DNA of 64,000 bases. Source: Octopus vulgaris (lineage: Eukaryota). The stretch is taken from contig OX597822.1 of the NCBI GenBank assembly GCA_951406725.2, positions 68,262,001-68,326,000 on the forward strand, written 5' to 3'. Shown piece by piece: positions 1 to 15,595 of this stretch. The notes beneath the pieces are model-generated. The model had not been told where the DNA came from and ran no database searches. It saw only the letters and a program-made list of their open reading frames with translations. Position 1 is the first letter of the stretch. Each line of letters opens with the position of its first letter. The position numbers and the translations under genes are program-made.

Positions 1-1285
1 CTGAATGCATCATGGTTAAATACAACTGAGAGAGAACACTGTACCAACACTAACAGTAAACATTCAAAATAGATGCAGGAACCTTCGCTATAGGTGCAGG
101 AGTGGCTGTGCGGTAAGTAGCTTGCTTACCAATCACATAGTTTCGGGTTCAGTCCCACTGCGTGGCACCTTGGGCAAGTGTCTTCTACTATAGACTCGGG
201 CCGACCAAAGCCTTGTGAGTGGATTTGGTAGACGGAAACTGAAAGAAGCCCGTCGTATATATATATGTGTGTGTGTGTGTGTTTATTTGTTTGTTTGTCT
301 GTGTTTGTCCCCCCAACATCGCTTGACAACTGATGGTGGTGTGTTTACGTCCCCGTAACTTAGCGGTTCGGCAAAAGAGCCCGACAGCATAAGTACTAAG
401 CTTACAAAGTATAAGTCCTGGAGTCGATTTGCTCGACTAAAGGCGGTGCTCCAGCATGGCCGCAGTCAAATGACTGAAACAAGTAAAAGAGAATAAAAGA
501 GTATAGCAGTAAGCAAACTGCAGAAAGGGAAGGCACCAAGAATGGACCTAATAGTTGGATATTGGTACAAGTAGCTGATATTTTATAGAAACCAATTGAT
601 ATGCATGTTCAAAAGGACTTTGGAAGGTCAGACTGATACACCACATACGCTTGATACAACAAGGACAAATCTTGTTGCCAGAAACGAAATCACCGAGGTG
701 GTTGGAAACTGCGGGGGCCATTGGTTGCCTAAACATTATGTACAAACTGTACACAAGTTGCCTCAGCCAATTCCTCTAGGACCATTGTGAATCGAACAAC
801 ATTGTGACTTATGAACAAGCTGGTGGAAAGAAGGGAGTGTGGGGATGTGCCGAACAAATTTTAATAAACAAAGCTGTACTGTCTGAAGTAAGAAAACAAC
901 GCTTAAGCCTTGTGACAGTATGGCTTGACTATAACAAAGCATTTGGCTCTATCTCTCATTCATGGCTGTTGAAGTGCCTACCTTAATTGCTGCTACAGAG
1001 AGACTCTCAAAGACATGGGCAACTATTCTTACCCTTACAACTGAGAAAAGAATAATTGCTTCTAATAGTATTGGCATTTCAAAGGGAATATTTCAAGAAG
1101 ATAGTCTTTCTATACTTCTTTTCATTTTGGCACTGAATCTATTATCGTTCCTACTGCAGAAAACAAATGGTTACATGTTAAGATCTTCAACTGCCAGAAA
1201 TATCAATGTAACTCATAATTTCTTTGTAGACGACCTGAAGATTTGTGCCAAAAAACAACTAGAATTGATAACATTTTCAGTTGAT
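1..1285 (+). mobile_element. Degenerate R4-like (RLE-clade) non-LTR retrotransposon RT fragment, interrupted by a SINE at 93-501
   Basis: Frameshifted translation gives ..AVSKLQKGKAP..MYKLYT..EQAGGKKGVWGCAEQILINK..WLDYNKAFGSISHSWL..KGIFQEDSLS..FVDDLK, i.e. non-LTR RT motifs 0-5 collinear with the 6318-7427 RT. Confidence 0.85.
93..501 (+). mobile_element. tRNA-derived SINE family A, full length
   Basis: A-box-like TGGCTGTGCGG, B-box-like GGTTCAGTCCC, CORE-like CCTTGGGCAAGTGTCTT, internal (TA)/(TG) tract and tail GGCGGTGCTCCAGCATGGCCGCAGTCAAATGACTGAAACAAGTAAAAGAG. Near-identical copies at 51957 and 57143. TATAG duplicated at 89-93 and 502-506. Confidence 0.92.
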
Positions 1286-1287
1286 AT

Positions 1288-1650
1288 AGGTATAGTTGAG
1301 AGCAGTAGTCTAGACGGCTGAGGACAAATGTCCTCCATAGATCCAGCATAGTTTTCTGGTCCCTTCTTCTGAAAGTCTCAGAATCCATCTGGTCATTCGC
1401 CTGCACATGGCTGCCATCTTGCTGATATTGTATATGAAACGAGGCATTGATGCTCAAGCAATTTCCAGACCACACATTGTACTCAGATTCCTTTTGGTCT
1501 AAAGTGTCTTTGTTGTGGTATGTTAGCACAAACGGGCTGATAGCGGAGAGCTTGGAATTTTTCTGCATTAAATTGCATGCTGTTTTCTTCAGCCAATTTA
1601 AATATGACTCTATGACCTTTTGTCGAAGGTTAGCATCGAAAGGTTCTTTA
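1288..1650 (-). mobile_element. CR1-like LINE RT C-terminal fragment
   Basis: Minus-strand peptide ..TMLDLWRTFVLSRLDYCSQL matches the start of the 27558-28190 fragment (MVLWRTFVLSRLDYCSQLW). Upstream frameshifted MQFNAEKFQ motif. Confidence 0.8.
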
Positions 1651-1762
1651 CATATACATACATACATACATACATACATACATAGGGGGTTTTGACCTAC
1701 ACTATATTGGGATCCGGGCAAAACCCCACTAAGGCTACACTTGATATGTATATACATACATA

Positions 1763-2345
1763 AGGCGGTGAGCTGGCAGAAACGTTGGCACGCCAGGCGA
1801 AATGCTCAGCGGTATTTCGTCTGCCGCTACGTTCTGAGTTCAAATTCTGCCGAGGTCGACTTTGCCTTTCATCCTTCCGGAGTCGATTAAATAAGTACCA
1901 GTTACGCACTGCGGTCGATATAATCGACTTAATCCGTTTGTCTGTCCTTGTTTTTCCCCTCTGTGTTTAGCCCCTTGTGGGTAGTAAAGAAATAGGTATT
2001 TCGTCTGTGTTTACGCTCTGAGTTCAAATTCCGCCGAGGTCGACTTAGCCTTTCATCCTTTCGGGGTCGATTAAATAAGTACCAGTTACGCACTAGGGAC
2101 GATATAATCGACTTAATCCGTTTGTCTGTCCTTGTTTGTCCCCTCTGTGTTTAGCCCCTTGTGGGTAGTAAAGAAATAGGTATTTCGTCTGTCTTTACGC
2201 TCTGAGTTCAAATTCCACCGAGGTCGACTTTGCCTTTCATCCTTTCGGGGTCGATAAACTAAGTACCAGTTGGGTACTGGGGTCGATCTAATTGACTGGT
2301 CCTCTCCTCAAAAATTTCAGGCCTTGTACCTAGAGTAGAAAACAA
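1763..2345 (+). mobile_element. SINE family B with three tandem 184-bp core units
   Basis: Head GGCGGTGAGCTGGCAGAAACG, B-box GAGTTCAAATT and conserved core GTCGACTTTGCCTTTCATCCTTTCGGGGTCGATAAA..AAGTACCAG (resembles the MetaSINE central domain from memory, unverified). Units restart at 1811, 1995 and 2179. Confidence 0.9.
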
Positions 2346-2442
2346 TATATATACATACATATATTAATAGGTATGCGAGTGTATGCATCCACACATACAC
2401 ACATACACAATTCACATGATTATACCTCTGCATGTGTGCGCC

Positions 2443-2475
<33 letters not shown>

Positions 2476-3110
2476 ACTGTGCGTGTATGTATAAGACAGA
2501 GTGCTATGTACATACATCTTTATACGCACACACACACGCGGGCACACCGCAAACATACAAAGAAACAAGGAAACACAATGTGAATTTATCGATAAATATA
2601 TTCTTTTCTACTCTTATTATATTCATAAATACACTTACTGACGCACAAATATATAAAATTTTATTTGTATTTGCGTAGAGATATTTGCACATTTACAAAT
2701 GTACAATTTATATATATATATATATATGTGTGTGTGTTTGAGTGTGAATGTGTGAGAGAGTGTGACATAGACAGACAGAATGAGAAAGAAGGAAAGAAAG
2801 AAAGAAACGGACAGATAGACAGGAATGTGTGTATGTGTGTGTATGTGTGCGTGTGTGTTAGGGAAACATATGTATAAACACACTGTTCAAAGCGTTCCAT
2901 ACAAAAGTTAGCAATGAACTGCAGATGTATGAGTATGTGTGTATATTCTAAATATATGGTGTATGTGTGTATGCGTGTGTTCGTAGCTATTCGCTTGTCT
3001 TTAACGATACGTACATATATATGTACATATTTATATATGAATACATGTAAATATATGTGTGTGTATATATATATATATATATATTATATTATATTATATT
3101 ATATATATAT

Positions 3111-3189
<79 letters not shown>

Positions 3190-3995
3190 GTGTGTGTGTG
3201 TGAAGCACTTGCCCCTTCCGTTGTACATTTCAAAAGCAGAAGAAAAAAATGGTAAAGTGAAAATGGTTGGTGCCAAAAATTACTCTTTTGCTTTGCAATT
3301 CAATAATTGAATCTCATAGAAATATTAACATATTCTGTGACAGAATTCCAGGAAGAATTCATCACCATTGTCCAACAAACCTAATGACATATGATTTAGT
3401 TTTTACACGTTCACCAAAATGTATTTTACGCATGATTAATCGCTGTTCGTTGTTCTTGTTGTTGCTGTAGTTGTTGTGCTTGCTGTTGTTGCTGCTGATG
3501 GAATTTTCCTTCTTTCCATTTCTATAAGTGACATTATAATTGTTGTCATTTTTATTATTAATATTCTTGTGACCGGTTTCACTATCATTCTATTTTCATT
3601 CATTTAAAGAGATCTCGTTTACAGCTATATAAGTTTTATGCGTTCTGTTTAGTATTATTTCCATTGTATTCTGTCTATTTCATATATTTAATTTATTTGT
3701 TTGCGGGGATAATGTTTTCTTTGTATATGTGTGTGTGCGTGTGCGTGTGTGTATGTGTGTGTGTGTGCGTGTGTGTTTGTGTGTGTGTGTGTGTGTTAAA
3801 CTTACGTTAACCTTCAATCTGGTGCTTTTTTTTTATTTTGTTGTCGTTGATGTCTTTAATGCTGGCGTTGTTATTTTATTTCAACCGCCATTTTATTTCT
3901 CTCTATTTACTCGCGAGTTGTGCCGAATAACCGGCATTACACCAGTAAAAGGCTATTGTTCGTGAAAACGATTAATACATATAATGTTGTTAAGA

Positions 3996-3997
<2 letters not shown>

Positions 3998-4059
<62 letters not shown>

Positions 4060-4078
4060 GATAATGATGATGATGATG

Positions 4079-4136
<58 letters not shown>

Positions 4137-4174
4137 TAATAATGATAATGATGATGATGATAATAATAATTATG

Positions 4175-4230
<56 letters not shown>
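3998..4230 (+). repeat. (TAA)n/(TGA)n compound microsatellite
   Basis: Directly visible ~230-bp array. Confidence 0.98.
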
Positions 4231-4625
4231 TCTGATATTCATTTCATCCCGAGATGTGTAAAAAAAAAGACCAGAGTTTGCTTTGAAAAAAAGAACCGTG
4301 AAGAGGTAAGAATTTCTGTGAAATAAAATGCAGAAATATTATTCAGTTCTATAACAATTGAACTTCAGGGTAATGGTCCCTTAAGCCTCGTTATGTCTAA
4401 ACTAGCAAACATTCCTCTGTTTCGAAGGGTCTGGGGGACTGTTGGGAGAGTTGACAAAGGCTGAGATGTAGAAAGTGGGCTGTGAATCTAGAACATTAAC
4501 AAAAGTTATTTAGATCTCTTGAGAGGTGAGGAACTTGCCCTAAGTTATAGAAACATAAATTTGGATGACACGAAAATGACAAAATAGGCCCCCAAACGGC
4601 AGGAATTTGGGGAGAATAAGTCAAC

Positions 4626-4693
<68 letters not shown>

Positions 4694-4711
4694 GTAATAA
4701 TAATAATAACA

Positions 4712-5155
4712 ATTTCTACTATAGGCATAAGGCCTGAAATTTTGAGAAGGGGGCTAGTCGATTACATCGACCCTAGTGCTTCGCTGGTACTTAATTTATC
4801 GACCCCGAATGGATGACAGATAAAGTCGACCTCGGCGGAATTTGAACTCAGAATGTAGCGACGGGCAGAATACCACTAAGCATTTCGTCCAGAGTGGCAA
4901 CGATTCTGCCAGCTCGCTGCGTTAATGTTAATAATAATTATTATTATTATTTCAAATTTTTGCCACAAAGGGAGCTTGGGGGAGGTGGGGATGAGTTAAT
5001 TACATCGACCCCAGTTTTCAGCTGGTAATTATTTTATCCACCCCGAAAAATGAATGGCAAAGTCAACCTCGGCGAAATTTGAATTCAACGTAGGGACGGG
5101 CGAAATACCACTAGGCATTCTGTCCAGCGCTGACGATTCTGCCAGCTCATCGCAT
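4712..5155 (-). mobile_element. Two tandem SINE family B copies (approx. 4712-4922 and 4950-5155)
   Basis: Reverse complements of the B head, B-box (AATTTGAACTC) and core (TTTATCGACCCCGAA..AAAGTCGACCTCGGCGGAA). The first ends in a TAA/ATT array. Confidence 0.85.
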
Positions 5156-5167
5156 TAATAATAATAC

Positions 5168-9002
<3,835 letters not shown>

Positions 9003-9004
<2 letters not shown>

Positions 9005-9240
9005 GGTGGTAGTAGTACCAATAATTGTCGGAACCCTAGGAATAGTGAATAACAATCTTGAGAAGTACATGGAACAAATAGGGGCTGCAATAAGGGTGGA
9101 ACACTTGCAGAAAGCAGTTCAGTTTGGAACCACTCGAATACTCCGGGTGGTGCTCGAAAAATAAGGGATGTTACCTTAGTCCACTGGTAATGAACAGCTG
9201 GCATCGTAGAACATCTCCAACGTGATACAATAAAAAATAA
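9003..9240 (+). mobile_element. 5'-truncated 3' end of a second R4/Dong-like family
   Basis: KVVVVPIIVGTLGIVNNNLEKYMEQIGAAIRVEHLQKAVQFGTTRILRVVLEK* aligns with the C-terminus of the 5393-8912 element (IPIIVGALG..IQKIALLGTARILRR). Different 3' UTR; TAA on both sides. Confidence 0.85.
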
Positions 9241-9249
9241 TAATAATAA

Positions 9250-9400
9250 TCCTTTCTACTAAAAGCACAAAGCCTGAAATTTGGTGGGATTACATCGACC
9301 CCAGTGTTTCACTGGTACTTAATTTATCGACCCCGAAAGGAAGAAAGGTAAAGTCGACCTCAGCGGAATTTGAACCCAGAACGTAAAGACGGACGAAATA
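9250..9400 (-). mobile_element. SINE family B, partial
   Basis: Reverse complement of core and tail (..AAATTTCAGGCTTTGTGCTTTTAGTAGAAAGGATTATT). Confidence 0.85.
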
Positions 9401-9530
9401 TATGTATGTGTGAATGTATGTATGAATGCATGTATACATGTATGCCTGTGGAATTGAAGCCAGTATAATATTAGGTACCAAACTAAGTTATAACATGATA
9501 GACCGTATATTATTTACATTATTTACATTA

Positions 9531-9699
9531 TTTACATTTGACGGATATTTGACCTCATCCTGTTTGTTGTTAACACAACGTTTCGGCTGATATACCTTCC
9601 AGCCTTCATCAGGTGTCTTGTGGAAATTTCGAATCTAGGTTCTCATTCCTAAGGTGTTAACAACAAACAAGATGAGGACAAATATCCGTCAAATGTAAA
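9531..9699. mobile_element. Foldback element with ~46-bp inverted arms flanking a hammerhead motif (probable Penelope-like pseudo-LTR derivative)
   Basis: TTTACATTTGACGGATATTTGACCTCATCCTGTTTGTTGTTAACAC (9531-9576) pairs with GTGTTAACAACAAACAAGATGAGGACAAATATCCGTCAAATGTAAA (9654-9699) with 2 mismatches. Confidence 0.85.
9572..9617 (-). ncRNA. Minimal type I hammerhead ribozyme motif
   Basis: Minus strand reads GACAC-CUGAUGA-A-GGCUG(gaagguauau)CAGCC-GAAA-C-GUU-GUGUU. Stem I, intact core, 5-bp stem II, palindromic ACGU in place of stem III, GUU cleavage triplet. Confidence 0.8.
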
Positions 9700-9973
9700 C
9701 AATGTAAATAATATAAATAATGTACATAATTCATCATCTCTTAAATATAGAACTCTATGGCATATGTCAAGGTATTCTCAGTTTATTGAAGCTTCTAGCT
9801 TAGCTGAAAGTGGGGGAAAACAAAAACCTAGCGACTGGTGTCGGCAATTTTGAAAGAAAAGGGAAGATAATTTTAAGAAATTAAGAATAAATATCTCAAG
9901 TTAATTTACATAATTATAAAAAAAGTCAATCAGACCTTTTTTCTTTTCTTTCTTTTAGCAAGCAAAGGACAAT

Positions 9974-10012
9974 CATGGGCATGTTTCGGTCTGTTTGACC
10001 TCATCAGTATAA
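9974..10012 (-). ncRNA. Degenerate hammerhead motif
   Basis: Minus strand CUGAUGA-GGUC(aaaca)GACC-GAAA-CAUGCC. Core and stem II intact; cleavage triplet (GCC) and stem I broken. Confidence 0.55.
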
Positions 10013-11749
10013 TGTATTCTAACCAAACCAGCAGCTTATATAGAAGATTTGCATACATAAAAAATGAGATACGAATAAATTTGGTTAATGTAGATTTGCA
10101 TAGTTAAAATATCGGTTATTCAAATTAATGCCTTTGGCTAAATTCAGGTTTTTTGCAGCTTAGTTAAGGAAAGGCAACTCCCACGAGCCCTTGTTTTAAA
10201 TGCTTACAATAGAGTGAATACCACGTAAAGCACCCAGGGACCAGGTGGTCGTGTTAAACTGGGTGCTAGATTAAATCAACCACCCAGCAACCGGAACGCA
10301 ATAACAAATATCTTAGTGTATCTTATTCGACAGTAAAAATTCCACCGCTATTATATTTCATCGATCCCGAAAAGACGACAGGCAAAGTTGACCTCGATGG
10401 GATTTGAACTCAAAGTGCAAAAGTCGTAAGAAATAACGAACTGCGCTTTAACCTGGGTGCTAAAACGACTCCCCCCCCCCACCTAAGTTATTTCTCTTAG
10501 TACATTCTATTTTGAATTTTAAATCCAATTAAATTGAACATTCATAAATTGCAAAATTGAATAAGTTCGGGTGGTGTAAGGAGGGGAGAATTTACGCCAT
10601 ATTAACTTTTGCAAATTTGTGAAATTTATTAACTGAATTTTGCAGACGCAGACCATTACCAAGTTTCTTTGGAATATAGCTATGTTTTTTTTTTTTTTTT
10701 AATGTTCTTAAATTGTTGAACGTGTTTGAGTCAGGCGAAGAAAAGGTAAAAGAGAAAGAAAAAGAAGGATGAAATATTGTATAGAATTACCGAAATATGG
10801 ACGTTAAAATGCTAATGAGTAAACAGAAGGAAATTCATATTTCACTAGACTATAATATAATATAATGACTGCGATACTACAAAAAGTATGTTTCTAAAAC
10901 TATAATAACTAAAAATTTAATAGTTACAATGTGAACTAGTTTCACGTGGTTAGAAATACATAGATCTGTGAAGAGAGGAAAGGAAGCAGTTTTGACAAAA
11001 GGAAAAGAAAAACACATACATACATCTTTCATTTTGATCGTGTTTTAATTACAGGGAAAAATATGTGGAAAACTGAAAGATAGAAGTGATGATATCACAC
11101 TGTGAATAAATAAAGCAAATAATATTGTTAATTACACGTGCATTTGTAAATTAAGAGAAATGATATTACAGAAAAAGTTCTTGTGAAAATTATAAGTTCA
11201 AAAGTAACGCTAAAATATAAAAGCGAACCTATACTAATAACTTAATATTAGTGTTTCAAAGTTAAATTCGGTTAACGTTTACATGTTTCTATGCAGCTGT
11301 GTATAATGCCTGTTAAAATGAATTTACAACAAAATCATATTCATTTGCACAATGCTGTAAATTTTTGTAAAGAAAGTGTTGCATAGTCAATGAAATAGAT
11401 AGTAGTACAAGTCTGGCAGGTATTTTAGAGAAAGCATACCTTGGAAGATAGAGAAAAGCAATGTTGAATCCGGAACAATTTCCATTCGGAAAACAGAAGG
11501 ACAAAACCAAACACTGCAGGGAATTTAGTCCAGCACTTTGCCACTTTTTATACCATTCCGAAAATTATTTATTATTGAGTCTTTTGTAATTTTGTTTTTG
11601 TCTCATCATCCATCGAGCGCCACTAGCGTCGCATATAATTTGCTTTCCGTTTTGAATTTTGGTTAATGCTCCATCTTGGAAATGTAACAGGAACTTCACA
11701 ACTCATTTCTCTAAATTATAAGAACTTGATGCCGAGTTGAAACGTAATC

Positions 11750-12420
11750 AATATGTTTGTGGTGATAGTGATAGTGATGGCGGTGATGGAGGTACCAGTG
11801 ATAACGGTGGTAGCGAGACGGCGGAGGCGGAGGTAGTGACGGTGGCGGCGGCAATGGTGGTGTAACAGTGGCAGTGGTAATGGCGGTGATAGTGGTAATG
11901 GTGGTAGTAGTGGTGGTGACAGTGGTTGTACTGGAGGTGGTAGCGATGGCAGTGCCAGTGGTGGTGGTTGTGATGGAGGATGTGGTAGACGTGGTACCGG
12001 TGCGGGTGCTAGAGGTGGAAGTGGCGGGTATGGAGGTAGTGTTGGTCGCCGTGATGGTAGTGGTTTGGTGGTCGTTGTAGTGTTAGTGGTGGTGGTGGTG
12101 GTGGTGGTGGTGGTGGTGGTTGGTGGTGGTGGTGGTGGTGGTGGTGGTGGTGGTGGTGGAGGATGTTGTAGACGTGGTAACGGTTCAGGTGCTAGTGGTG
12201 GAAGTGGCGGATATGGAGGTAGTGTTGGTCGCTGTGATGGCAGTGGTTTGGTGGTCGTTGTAGTGTTAGTGGTGGTAGTGGTGATATTGGTGATGGTGGG
12301 TGGTGGTGGTGGTGGTAGCAGAGGAGAAGGAGGAGGAGGAGGAGTTGTGGCGATCGTTGTCGTCGTGGTGTCAGAGTTTGCGATGATAATGGTAGTAGCG
12401 GTGACTGTGAATGTTATTGT
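11750..12420. repeat. Cryptic (GGT)/(GTA)-rich trinucleotide tract with an internal ~118-bp direct duplication
   Basis: 11975-12093 is repeated at 12158-12276 with scattered substitutions. Confidence 0.9.
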
Positions 12421-12860
12421 TTAAGCCTTTCGTCAGACTATGATCAAAGCATACCCCTCCATCGTTAACCATCCTATCCTGTTATTCAAACACTGTGCAT
12501 CCATGACTACATTACACAGTACGCCCTTCCACCGTAACATAAGGGAGATGTGGTTACTATTTCTAACAAGTCGAATGACCAAATTGAGATTATCTCTTGT
12601 CAAACAGTTGAAAAGGTTTTTGATTCGGTTTGGAGTCAACATTGCTTTCAAATTTTGTTGCAAGGCCAACAATTGCAGAGGAGAGGGTAAGTCGATTGTA
12701 TCGACCCTAATACTTGACTGATACTTAATTTATCGATTCCGAAAGAATGAAAGGAAAAGCCAACCTCGACGGAATTTGAACTCAGAACGTAAAGACGGAT
12801 GAAATACCGCTTGGCATTTTGCCCGGTGCGCTAACAATTCAGCAAGGTAGCCTCCTTGAT
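12420..12860 (-). mobile_element. Old retroposon 3' part (12420-12620) adjoining a SINE B copy (12640-12860)
   Basis: TATGATCAAAGCA..ACCATCC motif shared with 15590-15660 and 31990-32065. B core reverse complement at 12720-12790. Confidence 0.7.
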
Positions 12861-12884
12861 ATAGTGTTAATATTGTTAAAAAAA

Positions 12885-13110
12885 AGTGGTGGCGAGTAAA
12901 CAGAATTGTTACCGTGCCGGATAAAATGCTCAGCGGCATTTTGTCCGTTTCCGTTTTTACGTCCTGAGTTCAAGTTCTGCCGAGGTAGACTTCACCTTTC
13001 ATCCTACTGAGGTCGATAAAATAAGTACCAGTTGAGGATTGGGTGTCGATGTAATCGAGGAAACCTTCCGGTGAACTTGCTGGCCTTCTACCAAAATTTG
13101 AAAGCAATAT
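12885..13110 (+). mobile_element. SINE family B, diverged
   Basis: GAGTTCAAGTTCTGCCGAGGTAGACTTCACCTTTCATCCT..GGTCGATAAAATAAGTACCAG. Confidence 0.85.
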
Positions 13111-13783
13111 TGTTTTTTAAAAAACCTGTGCACCTCCTATTTTTAGTGAATGAAATGACATGATCCTTTGAATATCTTAATCGTCTCCTTTCGTAAAATA
13201 TAACAAATTTAAGCCTTAAACTTAGTGGAAGAACTAAGTCTGTGCGGTTGATTTGAAAACATAATATATAAGTATGCAGCACGCACGTATGATTACGGTA
13301 CGTATTAAGCTACATAATTATGCATTGTCTTAGCAATCCCACTGACGAAGTGCGGACGACAAATTAATTTATTTGTTCATTAATACAGAAACTCGAGCTT
13401 GGGGTTAACTATAAAGAAATTTTGTTTCCATTCTCTTTGGAATTACATTTTTTCGTGGTATGGGTTTGGCTGCCCTTTCCAGCATGTAAGGTGTCTTGTC
13501 AAGGGTCACCTCTCTGTGTATAAATACTTATACACTCTTATGTATGTGTGTGTGTGTGTTGTGAAGAAAGAAAATGTTTAAATAAGAGCTTTAAATAGAA
13601 AGTAAGTGATAAAGAAGAAGAAGAAGAAGAAGAAGAAGAAGAAGAAGAAGAAGAAGAAGAAGAAGAAGAAGAAGAAGAAGAAGAAGAAGAAGAAGAAGAA
13701 GAAGGGATGGATAGATGGATGGGTGGATGGATGGATGGAACAAGAAAATGTGAGAGTCAAGGTGAGACATAAATTGGGAGTGA

Positions 13784-13835
<52 letters not shown>

Positions 13836-14277
13836 AAAAAAAAGAAAGAATGTAAGAAAATGGTAAAGTAAAAGAAAAGAATCTGGTCCTGGTGATATGT
13901 AACAATCCAATTTACTTCAATTCGCACATAAAGCTTTCTAAGACATGTTCAGTGCCGGTCTACACTGAAACTGTGATAATGTTAGTTGTATGACAGAAAT
14001 AGGAAGAGTTTCTATAAAGCACTTGTGTGAAGTAGCCGACGAAAAGGTCAGAGCTCCGTTCGGGCCAGAAAATACATTTCTAATGAGAAAGACACGCAAG
14101 ATTTCTTCGCTGTTTCTTCGATGTCAAGGAGCCGAGCAAATTGTGTTAAAGTGTCAGATCAATGCATGTGCTCTTCAATGAATCTCTTCTCTTCACTTTT
14201 GTATTGAACTGTGAAACCATCATCTAAGGATGTTAGATGGATAAATAAATGGATGATAGAGGGAGAAAGTGTGGGGG

Positions 14278-14388
<111 letters not shown>

Positions 14389-14519
14389 CAATCAGACAGA
14401 CAGACAGACAGAATGATAGATAGACAGATAAATAGATAGATAGAGAGTGAGAGAAAGAGGCAGAGAGAGAGTGAGAGAGAGGGGAAGAGATGGACAGACA
14501 GACAGACAGACAGACAGAC

Positions 14520-14592
<73 letters not shown>

Positions 14593-14747
14593 TAAATAGA
14601 GCGATTGACTGATTGATTGATTGATTGATTGATAGAATGGGTGAGCTATGATGAAAGGATCAACTGAAAGTTTACCTTGCAATTCTTCAGATAAAGAACT
14701 TGTTCTGCTTGATACGAACTTCATATGCGTCTACCTACTAAGTGTGT

Positions 14748-14791
<44 letters not shown>

Positions 14792-14944
14792 AAAAGAAGA
14801 TTATGTTTCTACGTGTAATTGTGTATGTATCAGGCAGCTATGCGTGTGTTTATGGGGATGTGAAGGTTTTGTGTGTCAGGAGGTAAGATCAATAAACGTA
14901 AAAGGTAAAAATGTGAGATCAAATACGTATCTTGATTTTTGTTG

Positions 14945-15320
14945 GTGGTGATGACGATGATGACGAGGAGGAAGGGAGGGTGATGATGGTGATGATTATG
15001 TTGGCGTTGGTAATGGTGGGGAGGGGGTGATCATGATGATGATGGCAGTGATAGTGGTAGCAGTTATGATGATGACGATGATGATGCTGCTGCTGATGAT
15101 GATGATGGTAATTGTAATGGCGGTCGTGATGGTGGTTGTGGTGGTAGTGAGGCTGATGGTGATAATGGAGCGGTAGTAATGATAATGATGGTAGTGGTGG
15201 TGGTGGTGGTGGTGGTGGGTGGTAGTGGTGTGACGAAGATGATGGTGAGTGTCACGACGACGACGACCACGATGATGATTACGATGATAGTAGTGATGAT
15301 GAAGAGGATGATGATGATGG

Positions 15321-15354
<34 letters not shown>

Positions 15355-15595
15355 AATGATGATGATGACGACGACAATGTTGATGGTGAAGGTGGTGGTG
15401 GTAGTAGGGGTGATGATGACCACGATGATGTTGATGATAATGGTAGTCGTAGTAATGTTCGATGACGATGATGGTGGTGGTGGTGGCGGTGATGTTGGTG
15501 GTGGTGGTGGCGGTGGTGATGGTGCTACTGCTGCAGTGGATGAGGATGATGATGATGATGATGATGTTGTTGTTATTGTTGTTCTTGTTCTTGTT
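14945..15595. repeat. Cryptic (GAT)/(GGT) trinucleotide tract
   Basis: Directly visible. A similar tract lies at 16395-17010. Confidence 0.92.

Noticed and set aside
93-165. tRNA-like A/B boxes here and at other SINE heads
   Set aside because: They are heads of multi-copy SINEs with no complete cloverleaf, so not tRNA genes.
11040-11115. Acceptor-like TTTTAATTACAG followed by a short reading GKICGKLKDRSDDITL* and AATAAA
   Set aside because: Such signals arise often by chance in AT-rich DNA and there is no independent support.
12065-12424. Gly-rich ORF with GGYGG, reminiscent of cephalopod structural proteins
   Set aside because: No signal peptide or splice signals, flanking poly-Val in the same frame, and it lies within a cryptic GGT tract attached to a retroposon tail.
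13340-13365. CTGACGAAG motif; similar CTGATGAGAGG at 26478
   Set aside because: No downstream stem II and GAAA arrangement.
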